DNA from: Felis catus
Lineage: Eukaryota
Assembly: GCF_018350175.1 (NCBI RefSeq)
Contig: NC_058383.1
Span: 18,290,001-18,354,000, forward strand
DNA length: 64,000 bases
Reading direction: 5' to 3'
Part shown: positions 34,301-50,396 of the stretch, in pieces
Numbering within the stretch: position 1 is the first letter of the stretch
Layout: each line of letters starts with the position of its first letter
The notes under the pieces: generated by a model
What the model saw: the letters and a program-made list of their open reading frames with translations, nothing else
Databases searched by the model: none
What the model was told of the DNA's origin: nothing
Made by a program: the position numbers and the translations under genes

Positions 34301-37300
34301 GCACACAGTTAAGTGCTTGACAGATGTGTTATGATGGAGTCCAGGCAGGAAGTCCATTGTCAAGGACGTTTCAGGAAGCTGGAGAGGCCGTGGGCCTCCC
34401 AGCATAGCATGTATGTGCCATCTGGGGAGTCAGGTTCCCTGGGCCCCTTCCATAGAGTTGAGATTGCACCTCTCTGAGGTAGACTGGAACCCCCCTCCCC
34501 CCGCTGCCCCACTGATCAGCCCTCCCCCCTCACAGACTCAGATGCCACTGCATCTTCAGATAACAGCGAGACAGAGGGAACACCCAAGTTGTCGGACACG
34601 CCAGCCCCCAAGAGGTGAGAAGAAGCCATCATTCTTCTCTGGGGGTGGAGGGTAGGGGGGGTACCTGGGCTTCCTAGCTGCTTCTGACCAGCCCCCTCCC
34701 CTGTCCTTTCTCCAGGAAGAGAAGCCCTCCACTGGGGGGTGTCCCCTCCCCCTCCAGCCTCTCCCTGCCTCCTTCAACAGGGTTTCCCCTTCAGGCCTCG
34801 GGGGCCCCCTCCCCATACCTGAGCTCGGTGAGTTGGGGTCAAGGGTGGGAAGTATAAGTGAGATGCCTGGGAAGAAGGTGGGCATCGTTTGGGCAGATGG
34901 GCCTCATGAGGGGTGAGGCCGGCCCAGCCCTGGGGGCGTCTGTCTGGGTGTGACCAGCAAGCGTTCCTTGGAGGGGTGTGAGTCGGGGCTGCCCGCTTCT
35001 CTCTGGCGTAGGAATGGGGGACAGACGTGACTGAGGAGAGCAGAGCTCAGGACAAAGTCCTGCTGCTGTCCCCTCCCCTTCTGTTCTCAGGAGCCACACT
35101 CATCACCATCTCTTGTTTTTCCATTCTTCCTCCTGTTTGCGTTTCTTCCCTTCACCCCCCACCCCATCCACTCCATTTCCCATCTCCATCCCCCTGACTC
35201 CTGCCTGCAGCTGGCTTCCCCCCCCTACCCCCCATTCCCTTCCGACTACCTGGCCCTGCAGCTGCCCGAGCCCAGCCCCCTGAGGCCCAAGCGGGAGAAA
35301 CGGCCCCGCCTGCCCCGGAAACTCAAGGTACCCTGATTGGGGAATGTTAGGGAGGGGCCAGGATGGCAGCAGGACAGCCAGCTGAGGGAGGCTCAAGACA
35401 GGGGCTGGGGCCTGTCCAAAAACTTCCAGGGATTGATTTAGGGCTGCTGGGGGCCCAACCCAGGGCCAGACGCCGAGGGCCAGGTCAGAGAAGTGCTGGC
35501 CCATAGTCTTGGTGAGGAGAAAAATGAGGGGTAGGACCAGCCTTGTGGGACTCAGAGTGAAGACTCCTGGAGGCCAGTCTCGTTTTTCATAGCTGTTCTG
35601 TGATGCCAGGCAGTCCCAGGGGACAGGCAAAGTTGTGGACAGTCAAGTCAAGGCTGCACCAGTTAAAAACCACGTGACTGTGAGCAGGTCTCTCTGACCC
35701 TCTAGATCTCCAGTTTTGCGTCTGTAAATGAATGAGTGATGAACAAGGGTTTCTGGAGCACCAACTATGTACCAGGTACTGTCTTAGGTGCTGCAGATGC
35801 AGTAGTAAACAAAAGAGACAAGAAATCCCTGTTCTAGCAAGAGCGGGGGAAAATGGACCCGATAAATCGGTGCCAGTGCTAAGACATGGAGCCAGGTGAA
35901 GAGCATGGGAAACTCCAGGGTAGATAGGCGCTGATACTTACGGGGGTCTGGTCTGGGACGGTATTCGGTCAGAGGCTTAAAAGAAAGGAGAACCAGCCAT
36001 GCGGCTCTCTGGGAAAGTGTTCCAGGGAGAACAGGCAGCGCGAAGGCCCCGTGGAGGGTGGGTGTTTGGCTTGTTCAGGGACCAGGAAGGAGGTCGGTGT
36101 GGTCGGAGGCAAAGGAGGGGTAGGTGGGGGAGTGAGTAGATCAGAGAACTAACCAAGGGGCAGGATTGTGGAGAGCTTTCCGGGTATCGTAAAGATTTTA
36201 CTTGTGCTGCGAATAAAGCAGGGAGCCATGGTAGAAGGTCGGGCAGAGGGGAATCTGCTCCAGTTTGTGTGGTTCACTGCTGTGTGGAGAGTGGACTGGG
36301 GAGGGGCTGGGTCAGGATGGATGTGGGGAGACCTCCGGGGAGGCTCCTGTGGGGAAGCGGGTAAAGCCGCTGAGAAGTGGCTGCTGGATCGATTTCAAAG
36401 ATTGAGCCATGGGAAGACCAGCACGGGCTGTGGGAGAGAGCAAAGGCAAGGGCGAGTCCAGGGTGTGGGTCCCGAGCCAGGGAAGAAGTGGGCTAGCCTT
36501 TCTCTGGGACCAGGAGATCTGGGAGGAGCCGCTTTGGGAGGGAAAACGAGTTTGGTTGTGGATGCATCAAGATGTTGGCTGGAAATGCCAGCCAGACAAC
36601 AGAGGAACGTGAGCCTGGGGCTCGTGGGTGCACGTTTTGAAGTCATCAGCGTGGAGGCGGGCGCGATTATTGGGTGAGAACGTGGATGGAGAACAGAAGA
36701 GGCCTGTGCACTGAGCCCCAGGAGAGATGGGGCACAGAGGACACAGTGCCCTCCCAGCTCTGAATCCAAGTGGAATTAAGACTGGGCAGGACAGCTTTCA
36801 AAGTGGGTAGACTGTAGACACAAGGCCCTGGAGCCAGGAGCAAACTGAAAGGTCGCTTTGTGGCGATTAGGAGTGTGGGTTTTGGAGTTCACATCTCAGC
36901 TGTGTCTCTTACTCCTTCGGTGACCTTGGGTCTTGAGCCTGAGAAATGGGTAGATAATGCATGATAATGCTGGCCCTTCGATCTCCTTGGCAGGGATTTT
37001 GCTTCTCGTCTGTAGGGCAGGATGGTGGAGAAAGCAGGGGTCAGCGAAGCCTGGATCGGATGGGTAGGGGTGTGGCATGGCGGTTTGAGGCTTTCTAAAG
37101 TGCTGGGTCCTGAAGAGCTAAGTTCTGAACATACCAGCACGAGAAGGTTGGTTGAGAGAGGGGCTGGGATCTGTTGCTGTGGTGGAGGAAGGGATAAGTC
37201 GGGGAAGGCCTCCAAGAAGAGGTCATATTTGGGCCCAGGGAAAGTGAGATTTGGAAATTTGCAGGCTGAGCAGGAGTGGAAGGAAGACGAGAGACATGGT

Positions 37301-39341
37301 GAGAATATTGTTTGGGCTGACGCAGGAGTGAGAAGAGAGAAGGACATCGGAAGGAAAGACAGGGTGAGGTGGGGCCGCAGAAGGCCTGGGTATCCAGAGC
37401 CAGGATGTCCTGTTAAGGGGTGGGGGTCACTGAACTTTCTGGTGACTTCGTCTGAGGAGACAAGAGACAGGCACAAAGACAGGAACAGGTTAGTTAGGAG
37501 CCTGGGCCTCAGTCAGACAGAGTGGGTTTGAGTCCCAGGTCCTCCAGGCACCCACCTAGTGACATTGAGCAAGTCATTTGCCCCTCTGAGCCTCGACTTT
37601 CTTCTCTGTTCAGTGGGGTTAGTGTAGGATAAAATGAGTTAAAGAAGAGACAACACATAGCCCAGTGCGTGGTCCCTCGTAAGCTGTGGGTAAACAGGAG
37701 TGCTCTCGGTCACACAGAGGCAGCCATTGAGTAAGGCCAAGCAGGTGTGGGCTGTGGGGACGAGGGTGGGGATCCAGTGGTGGCAGCCAGAGGAGGGAGG
37801 CTTCCTCGTGGAGCTGGGCCTCCTGTCTATCACTGGTCCCAGCAGACTCTTGTACCTGGAGGCACCGACCAGGAGGTAAAAGCCACCGCCACCCCAAGGA
37901 CAGCAGCCTGAGGGCTGAAGGTGTGAAAGCAATCCCAGGGACCACCGTAAAGACACATATAAGCGCTTCCTGCCACCCCGACCTGGGGCCAGATGGGACA
38001 CACTGCCCACTGGGGTCCCAGGAGCCCTGCGCCTTAAAAGTCTCCCTTTGCAAGTCTCAGATTCCTCTTCTGGCCCTTGACCTCCCCTCCCTTCGAGGGT
38101 GTTCGGAGTGGTCAGAGACCGTTAATGGAAATCACCTGGCACAGAGCAGGTGCTCAGTTTGTGCCCACGGGCAAAGGGTGAGACCCCCTCCCCCCCCCCC
38201 CCCCCGAGCTCTCTGTGGGGAGGACATCCGGCGACGGTGAGGCTGGAGGGTCGGGCAGGACAGAGGCCACTTCTCAGCCTCAGAGGACAAAGCAGGACTT
38301 TTGGTAAATAGAAAAAGGCACTCCAGGTGGAGGGACCGGCCTGTTCTCAGGCACGCCTTACCACCTGTCCCAAGGGCAGCGAGGAGCCTTTCCCTTGTGT
38401 GGAGGAGTGACGTGCTCAGGTTTGTGTTTTAGAGAGCTCACTCTGGCTGCAGTGTGGAGGAAGAGCTGGCTCTGGGAGAGGCTGAAGGCAGGGAGTCCAG
38501 TTAGGAGGCTGGGACCGTAGCCCAGGTGAGCTGTGAGAGGAGGGCCTGGCCTGGGCCAGCGGCTGCGGGTATCCCAAGGAGGGGCCCATCCAAGATATAA
38601 GAGGTAGAAACCTCCCGCTGGGGCGGGGGGGGGGGGAGGGCAGAGACCTCAGACACCCTCCACCTAACCAGTGAGTCCCGAAGTAAGAGGGAGGAGAGGA
38701 GGCCAGTGCTGGCAAAGTGGGGTCTGGGGTGCCCAGAGGCGGGCGGGCAGGCAGGTACCGGAGGCTGACTCTGACCGGCTGTGAGTGCCGACACAGGGGC
38801 AGCCAAGGTGCCTCCCTGGAGAGGGCAGGGCCAGGCCTTCCCCTCCTGGTTTCTGTAAGACCCCTCACCACCACCACCCTCATCACCGCCTCCATCACCA
38901 CCCCTCACCTCCAGGCACTTGCTGGTTCGAGGCTCAAGGGGCTGAGGTGGGGCAGGCCCCTGATTCCAGCATTGGCCAGCCCGGCTGTGTCCACTACCCC
39001 TTGGATGAATCTTTGCCCCCTTCCCCATCCCCCAGAACTGCCTTAGGAGGCACTGCCAGCCCCCTGGATTCCAGTGCCTCCCTGACAAGCCCACCCTGTG
39101 TTTCTTCCCCCTGCTGCAGATGGCCGTGGGACCCCCTGACTGCCCTGTGGGAGGGCCGCTGACTTTCCCAGGCCGGGGTTCTGGGGCTGGGGTGGGGGCA
39201 GCCCTGGCCCCACTGCCGCCCCCCAAGATGCCTCCCCCCACGATCCTCAGCGCCGTCCCTCGGCAGATGTTCAGCGACGCGGGCAGCGGGGACGATGCCC
39301 TGGACGGGGATGATGACCTGGTGATCGACATCCCGGAGTGA
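31319..39341 (+). CDS. INO80E: INO80 complex subunit E, 244 aa
   Basis: Exons 31319-31399, 31557-31627, 31857-31909, 34536-34614, 34716-34827, 35211-35327, 39120-39341 (735 nt). [61 protein letters not shown]...[10 protein letters not shown]. Confidence 0.96.
32180..32470 (+). mobile_element. MER58B-like hAT-Charlie DNA transposon
   Basis: caggggttgataagctttttctgtaaaggaccag...caataaaactgtatttatggacactgaaatttgaatttcat...ccattcttag matches my recollection of the MER58B consensus. Confidence 0.75.
33645..33821 (-). mobile_element. Can-SINE
   Basis: gggctcgaactcacagactgtgagatcatgacc...actgagccacacaggtgcccc. Confidence 0.85.
35725..36750 (-). mobile_element. L2 fragment(s) in INO80E intron 6
   Basis: gagcaccaactatgtaccaggtactgt...aaacaaaagagacaagaaatccctg followed by a purine-rich L2 body. 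Boundaries approximate. Confidence 0.6.
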
Positions 39342-39658
39342 CCCCCCCACCCCCACCCCCGGCCAAGCCCTTGCCCCGTGCCCGATGCCAGCACACAAGA
39401 GCCCCCAGCTTCCGCAGAGACGTTTATTGACGCCCAGTTGCCATGCTGCGGCCACTGACACAATCAGAAAAGGCGTAAACATGCACGAACGTCCCCTGGA
39501 AGGTGGGTCCCCACTGGGGAGGGCACAGGCCCTGCCCTCACATCCCAGCCCCATCCAGGGGACAGTTATTTAAATGAGTGGCCAGGAGCACTGCCACCTC
39601 TCCGAGAGGCAGAGACCCTGCGGTGGCCCCCCACTTAAAAGGGCAGCTGTACAGGGCT

Positions 39659-39710
39659 AGGTTGGTTGGTTGGTTGGTTGGTTGGTTTGGTTGGTTGGTT
39701 GGTTGGTTGG
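39659..39710. repeat. (GGTT)n microsatellite in the INO80E/DOC2A 3' UTR overlap
   Basis: About 12 GGTT units with one extra T. Confidence 0.9.
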
Positions 39711-40136
39711 TTTTTAACGAAGATTCTGTATTAAAGGAGTGGCTCTTTTTTGTTTTTCGTCCTCTTTTTTGGAAACATTCTCCTCCTCCAAACCCCCCCC
39801 AATCCGACCTCCTCCCTGCGGGCCGAGGGGGACGGGGCAGCCTGGAGAGGCAGGAGAGAGGAGCGCAGCCCCCTGCAGGTGTGCACAGGATGGGTGTTTG
39901 CATATTTGCGTAGTAGCGAGTCAGGCAGGAGGAAGTTTGCATATGTGAATATAGATCTCCACGGTCCCTCACGAGAAGACAGACCCACGGTCACGCAGAC
40001 TCTCACAAAATAAGACAGGTAGTGGGGGGCGGGGCTTCCACCCCGTGTAAACGTGCAACACACTCGTGCGAAGGTTGGGTACTGGACCTGGCCCCGGGGG
40101 AGGGGGGGGCCCTGTGCTGGGCAGGTGTGGTCCCGC

Positions 40137-44082
<3,946 letters not shown>

Positions 44083-44689
44083 TCATACCTGCTGTCTGCT
44101 GGCTGAGGGCCAGGCGGCAACCTCCCCAGTTGGTGGGGCCCTCACCGGCCTCCCTTCCCAGGTGTCCAGGGAGAGGGTGGCCTGTGCCATCTGGTGGGTA
44201 GGCAGAAGGCCTGGACCCTCCAGACCCCAAGCTTTGCTCCTCAGGGGCTGGCCTGCCAGCCCTCCCCCCCACCCCATAAGTCCTGGCGCCACCTCAACCA
44301 TGCCCACATGCCTTTGGATTGTCCCTATGTCATCTTCCCAGCTCCTGCCCCTCCTCCTGGTCGGCCGTCTGCCCCCCCCACCCCACCCCTGGGCTCTGCC
44401 TGCTGGGAAGTAGCCCCACAGGCCCCCTCCTCTATCTCTCTTAAGCTCTGTCCATCCCTCTGCACCAGGCGCTCCTCTGGACCGGGTGTCACCTTCCCTC
44501 TAGGCTTTCATTGCCCACTGCCCCTTCATTCAGCCCCAGGACCTGCCTGCCTGCCTGCTTGGTACCACCCCCCCCCAACCCTGCAGCCCAACCCCGGGAC
44601 CCCTGCCTCCGATGCCTCCTCCTGAGACTGGCTCTCCAAAGAGGAGCCAGAAATTGCAGCCTCCGGGGAGCTAAACACCCCGTCGGCAC

Positions 44690-45047
44690 AGAAGCTAACA
44701 CACACGCTCGCTGTCACCCTCACGCCCCCCGGCGGCCCAGCCCTCTGCACCTGTGTCTCTGCCTCCAACAGGTGCCCAAGCACTGGGGGGATGGCGGGTA
44801 CAGGCTGGGCGGTGGCAGCCGGCGATTCCCGGGGCGGCCAGCGAGAAGAGCGCGGAGTCCGGTGGTGAGAGCCGAGAGGGAGGGAGGGAGAGCAGGAGAA
44901 AGTGCGAGGAGGAGGGGGTGAGCGAGGTGGAGGCGAGGAAGCAGCCGGCGCAGGCGGCGGGGGGCGGGGAGGGGCGGCCGGAGGCTGGGGAGGGGGCGGG
45001 ACTCTCCCGCCGGCGTCCGCCGGGCACACTTAGGGGAGCACGCGAGT

Positions 45048-45085
<38 letters not shown>

Positions 45086-45560
45086 GCACTCCCGCGCACA
45101 CGCCTGCGCCCACGTGTGCACGCTCGCACACATGCACAAACCCACCCGGGAGAACTTCGCATGCACACACTCGGAAACACACGGGCTCCCTGCGCCACCG
45201 GGAACCGGCAGCGAGAATTGCCCGGTGTTCCCCAACTCCCCGGGGACCCGGGCCTCCGCCCCCGCCCCCGCGCCGGGCCCGCGGCCCTCTCTGCCCTGTG
45301 GTCTCCTCGTTTCCAGGCCGGGTCTGCGGGGCCCGACCACCCGCCTGGTTGCCATGGCGACACCCGCTCCTCCTCCCCCTTCCCCCCCCCCCCAGTAGCT
45401 TCACGCCCCTCCCCCACGGAGAGCGTGTCGGGGAGGGAGTAGGTAATCAGCCCCCCCCCAATCCCCAGACCCGTAGGGGCGGGGCTTAGAGTTCCGCAGT
45501 GACCCAGGGGTGGGCAGGGGGAGGGGATCTGATCCGCCCGCGGTCGCTGGCCTGGGATCT
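44690..45560 (-). promoter_or_regulatory. DOC2A: DOC2A CpG-island promoter / non-coding first exon region
   Basis: CpG-rich with multiple GC boxes, a (CA)n tract and X-box GTTGCCATGGCGAC at 45348-45361. The coding exon has an acceptor (cccgcag|) at 44039, 13 nt before the ATG, so an upstream exon is required. Confidence 0.7.
45048..45083. repeat. (CA)n microsatellite at the DOC2A promoter
   Basis: Direct inspection; about 17 units, flanked by CG/CA alternating sequence. Confidence 0.9.
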
Positions 45561-46319
45561 GGGGGTCCCCGAGCCAGGCTTGGGGAGCCTCACCGTCTGA
45601 GGGAGGAAACAGGTCCGAGCCTCTTCTCTGTGGCCGTTCAGGCGTCTCTCCTTGTGGCCCACCCTAGCCTCTGAGGGCCGGGGTCCCCTTCTCAGGGATG
45701 GCATCTCCCTTGGGGATCCACCCTCCCTCACCCCACCCCCTGCCATCTCCGATTCTGTCCATCAGGCGGGAAGGGCCGTCCGGCTTCGCTCTGAATGCCC
45801 CTGAGCCTTGCAGTTCAGCTCCACACCAGCCTGCCATTTCCCACCTGAACCCTGCCATCTGCCTGTCAAACTCCAGCCTGAGATCTTTGCTCTTCTTTGC
45901 CCTGAACTCGCCATCCCCCACCCCACCCCCGCCATCCCTGCCCAAGACTGAGTCCTCAGAGTTCTCACAGTGGCCGTCAAGGCCATCCAGCCCAAGACCC
46001 TGGCTTCTCCCATCTTGTCACCTCCATGACCTTTGGCTGGCTGGCAGGAATGTTCTTGCAGTTCCTAGAACACACCTGGATCCCTGAGGTCTCTCGACCT
46101 TTGCTCACAGGACCTCCACTGCCTGCAAGACCTTCCCTTCCTTCAGGGGTCACCCTGGGTCACCTCTTCCTTGGAGCCTTTCTGGAGCATCCCCACCGCA
46201 CCCCCTAGCTCCCAATGTGCTATCTTAGACTCAGTTCTCACCACCCTGGTTTGTCATGTCTCCCCCACCCCCCACCAGGGAATGCCATGGAGGCCGCCCC
46301 AAGCAGGCCTAGCACTAAA

Positions 46320-46531
46320 TTGGCCTCCCTAAGTATTGTGATTTTAAAGTAAGAGAAACGTGGCTGCACAGTCATGTGAATATACTCAACAGTACTCAAC
46401 CGTATGCCTGCAAATGCTTAAGACGGAAATATTGTTGGGGTGCCTGGCTGGCTCAGTTGGTAGGTCATCCAACTCTTGATCTCGGGGTCGTGAGATTGAG
46501 CCCCATGCTGCGCATGGAGTCTACTTCAAAA

Positions 46532-46575
<44 letters not shown>

Positions 46576-47300
46576 CCGTTATGTGTATTTTTTTAGTGCA
46601 CGATTTTTTTTTTAATGAGAGAAAAGCAAAGTCAAACCACACTGAGATAGCACTTAGCACCTACCAGATGACAAAACTCAAAGCATCTGTTAACACACAA
46701 CGTGTGCAACGCTGTGGGTAAATGGGCACCCCCCTCTGCGGAGGCCATTCTGACGGTGGATACCAAGATGACGAATACACAGACTCTTCCACCCAGAGAT
46801 TCCGCTTCTAGAATTTTATCCTATAGATAAATCCTAGAATTTATCCTCATGCTGGCCCATGAGCAAAACCGTTGGAGTTCAGGATTATTAACCACAGCGC
46901 GTTTACAACAGCAAAAGACTGGAAGCAACCTAAGTGTCCACGGGCAGGGGATTCATTCAATCAGGGATGACACAATTTCATACGATGAAATAGTATGCAG
47001 CCAGGACAAAGAAAGAGGCCCCTGTGCTTGTACTTGTAGAGTCATCACGCGGTCTCAGGTTAACTTAAAGTAAGGTGCAAGGCAGCACGTACAGAATGAG
47101 AAGAGAGTTCATATATGTTTGTTTATGTGTGCCTAACTTATCTCTGGAAGGCTGCCCAAGAAAGTGGTAACTACATTGACCTCTGAGATTGCTGCGAGGG
47201 AGGTTTGGGCAGGAATAGGAAAGACTTACTTTCCATCCTTTGTATCTTTTGAATTTTGTACCGTGCGCATATCCTGCCTATTCAAAAGAATACATTAAAA
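46320..47300 (+). mobile_element. L1 3' fragments with an inserted Can-SINE (46437-46575, (AAAG)n tail)
   Basis: aaaccacactgagatagcac, ttccgcttctagaattttatccta, gcaaaagactggaagcaacctaagtgtcca; SINE head ggggtgcctggctggctcagttgg. Confidence 0.75.
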
Positions 47301-47629
47301 TAATATGTATTTAAAGGCAACCATCAGGCTTCCTTCAGGGATGTCCAGGATCAGAGAGGAAGTAGGACTCGGAGACACGGTCCAGGACCAGAGCCGGCAG
47401 GTTTGGAGCGACGCAGATCTGGGTTTGCGTGAGAGGAGGGGCAAGCTGGACAAGAAGCCAGCGGTCCTGCCTCCTCCACTGTGGCCCCTTTTCACAGCTT
47501 AGCTCAGGTCCAGAAGCCCAGCTACACAAAGCCTTATTGGAGGAACACAGGGATAAAGCTGGAGCTCAAGCCAATAGCAGGGGAAATGGCAGACAGTGCT
47601 GATCCCCGGCATGTTCACAGGTGGAAAGG

Positions 47630-48850
47630 TTCTCTTCCATCCATTTAGCCGATAAATATTGATGGAACACCTACTGTATACTCTGGTGACAACTGTGACC
47701 AAGATCAATGATCTCTAGCTTCACGGCCTTGTAGGGGAGGCGGACAAAGAGACACCTCCAGTGCAGTGAGATTGATGCGGTGACGGGAGATGGTCAAAAG
47801 GCCGTGGGAGTTCCCTTCCCAGGGGAAGTGTTTTCTCAGCTGAGACCCGGGAGATAGGAGAAGTCGGCCGGTTCAAGTGCGAGGGCAAGCGTGTCGTAGG
47901 CACAGGCGTGTGCAAAGGGTGGCATGTGCCAAGGGAGGGAGGTCGCGGCAAGAGCTGAGGTGGGGAGGTGGACAGGGCTGGGCAAGAGCCTTGCAGGTCA
48001 GGGTAAGAAGTTCATAATTCACTAGGCATCACGGGAAGCCATTGGAGGGTTTTAAATGGTGGATCCGAGTGTTCTGGCTTGTTCTCCCTGAGGGAAGAGT
48101 GAACAGAGAGAAGTCAACCAGTCTACAGGCTGTTGAAATACCAGAGGAGGCATGGGGTTGACGGTGGGCAGCAGCGGAGGGGGAGGGAAGTGGGCGAACT
48201 TGAGATTCACGTTGGAAAAATTGAGCCAACAAGTCCTGATGATGGCTTTGTCAGGAGGCGGGGGGGGGGGGGGGGGGGTTGACCTGACTCCTGGGTGTTT
48301 GTGTGGAGCAGAGCATCTAGATGAACAATGAGACCGTTCTCAGCGTTGGAAAACAGGAGCCAGTTTGTGATAGGAGAACCAAGAACTCCATTTGGGATCT
48401 ATTGAGTTCGAGATGGTTTTGGACGTACAGAGACACGAAGCAGGAAGTTGGGTAGAGGAGGCTGGAGCCCAGAGGAGAGGACTAGGCTGGAAATATACAT
48501 TTGTGAGTCACCAGCATATAGATGGTATTTAAAGCCATGAGACTGAATGAGATCACCTAGGGAGAGAGAATATAGACAGAAAGGAGAAGGTCCAAGGCTG
48601 AGCTGGCTGGAGAAGGAGGAACCCTGAAAACTGGTGAGGCAGGGACAGGCGCACCCTGCTGAGACACAGAACGGACAGAGGAAGTAACCTTTAGATTTGG
48701 CAAGTTAAAGGGCCATTTGTAGACTTGGCAAAAGTGGCCTCGGTGGAGTGGTGGGGACCAAACCAGGTTGGGAGGGGTTGAAGAATACATTAAAGGTGAG
48801 GGAGCGGAGACAGCGAGTGTAGACAGCCCCGAGGGGTTGTCCGTCTATAC
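47630..48850 (-). mobile_element. L2 element
   Basis: ccatccatttagccgataaatattgatggaacacctactgta 3' end; ggaagccattggagggttttaa; ggtatttaaagccatgagactgaatgagatcacctag. Confidence 0.75.
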
Positions 48851-49952
48851 TCTGAGTTCTCGCCCCTGTGATCCCTGAGGTCAGAGACCGTGCCCTGGCG
48901 GTTTCTATTGAAGCCATACTTGGATCCCAGCACACAGAAGGAGCTCAATACATGTACCTAATGATTGGATGAATAAATGAACGGATAATTCACTGCCTGT
49001 GTCTAAAGGGCCTTTCCTGGTAGAGAGGACAGCTGTATCCTTTTGGGGCAATTGAGAAAACTGAAAGATCCACGCCAATGGCCAAAGGCTCTGGACCCCT
49101 TCTCCCAGCTAAACGAGGGAGAGGATGGGGAGCAGTTGCACACAGGCCTGGGGTGGGAACCCTGCTCCACCCCCCCACTCCTCCCCCGAGCCGTCCCCCT
49201 GCTCCTCCCATGCCTGTGACTTTGGGGAGAGAAGTGAAGGGGAAACAGTCCCACAGGAGGTCCCATAGATGTTAGTCTGCCTCCCCCCCATTTTCTTCTC
49301 TCTGGGCTTTATGGTTTAGGAAATAGAAGTTGAGCACGGCAAGGACCTCCCAAGACTAAGGGGAGAATAGATGGGTAGACCCTGAGGGCAAGAAAGATGA
49401 GGGGTGGGGATCCAGGGGAGGGGGGTGCCTCCATCGTAGGGCAGAGGACGTCCCAACCCACCACAGACCCATGCCTGGTGTGGGGGTAAGTCCTGGAACT
49501 GCCACTGTCAGAGATTGTTGACCAGGCAATTGTGTAGTCGGAACTGAGGAGACCCTGAAGTGTCCTTGGGCTTGGGTGGGGCGGGACACATCTGTGACAG
49601 ACAGGCCCACCTGCCAATCCGAGGGGAGCTAACTCTTAGAGGCTGAGACGGGCCTGCAGGACGGAAAGTGGCTGTTGGGAAGTGACAAATAAAAAGCAGG
49701 GACTGGAAATGGGAAATGGGAGGGCCCTTGGGGGAGCCCACCCAGAAAGCGGAGCCTGTGAGGGCTCTGTGGGTGACCAAGAGACCCGCGTCGAGATGGG
49801 CGGGGGGAGGGGGGGCTGGGGGGTTCCTCTGACAACCCTCGCGCCTGCAGTACCTTTTCCTGCAGCACCTGCGGGAAGAGGCGGGAGGAGGGCTTGGAAG
49901 GGCTGGAGCCGGGCCTTCCCGGGTGGGAGGGAAACAGACAAACGTGGACGCT

Positions 49953-49968
49953 GCTGCCACCTAGTGGT
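49953..49968 (-). promoter_or_regulatory. CTCF motif upstream of FIMP1
   Basis: The minus strand reads ACCACTAGGTGGCAGC, matching the CTCF core CCAC(T/C)AG(G/A)(T/G)GGC(A/G)G. Confidence 0.7.
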
Positions 49969-50396
49969 ACAAGCCTGTTATTTCTCTTGGCTGCCAACCC
50001 CAGGGTCTTCCTCAATGGACCCCTAAGAGATCCCTAGGCCCTTGAATTTGGTGACACAAGGCAAAGGGGAGCGTCCGAGAGAAAGATGCACGCCCCTGGG
50101 AAGTGTGCATTGCCTACATTACTTTCTTTGCTCCTCTTTGTCCCTTTTCTGTATAATGCAGGCAGGCTTGCTGTGACGGGTAAATAAGTGGTCTGTGTTA
50201 AGCGGTGGATCCAGGGGTAACTGGAGGTGTTTATCCCTGCCCTCCCTCCAGGAAGAACTGCCTGCCACACACAAATGCACCTCTTCTTCGTCCCAGCTTC
50301 CAGTACTTTCTCCCCTCAACCCGGAGTTCCTGATCAGAATGGCTCCAGGCTGTGACATCACAGAGCCCCCACCCCTGTCACAGGAGGAGAGGAGTC

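Noticed and set aside
38416-39554. Long minus-strand ORFs (up to 320 aa) and overlapping + ORFs
   Set aside because: GC-rich, stop-poor intron plus antisense of INO80E exon 7; no recognisable protein and non-ATG starts.
44146-44190. ATG-initiated mini exon (MAQATLSLDTWEGRP|gtgagg) upstream of DOC2A
   Set aside because: Splicing to the 44038 acceptor would be out of frame with the DOC2A ATG (45+13 nt); no support as a coding extension.
44511-45489. Stacked ORFs in all frames
   Set aside because: CpG island and (CA)n repeat artefacts at the DOC2A promoter.
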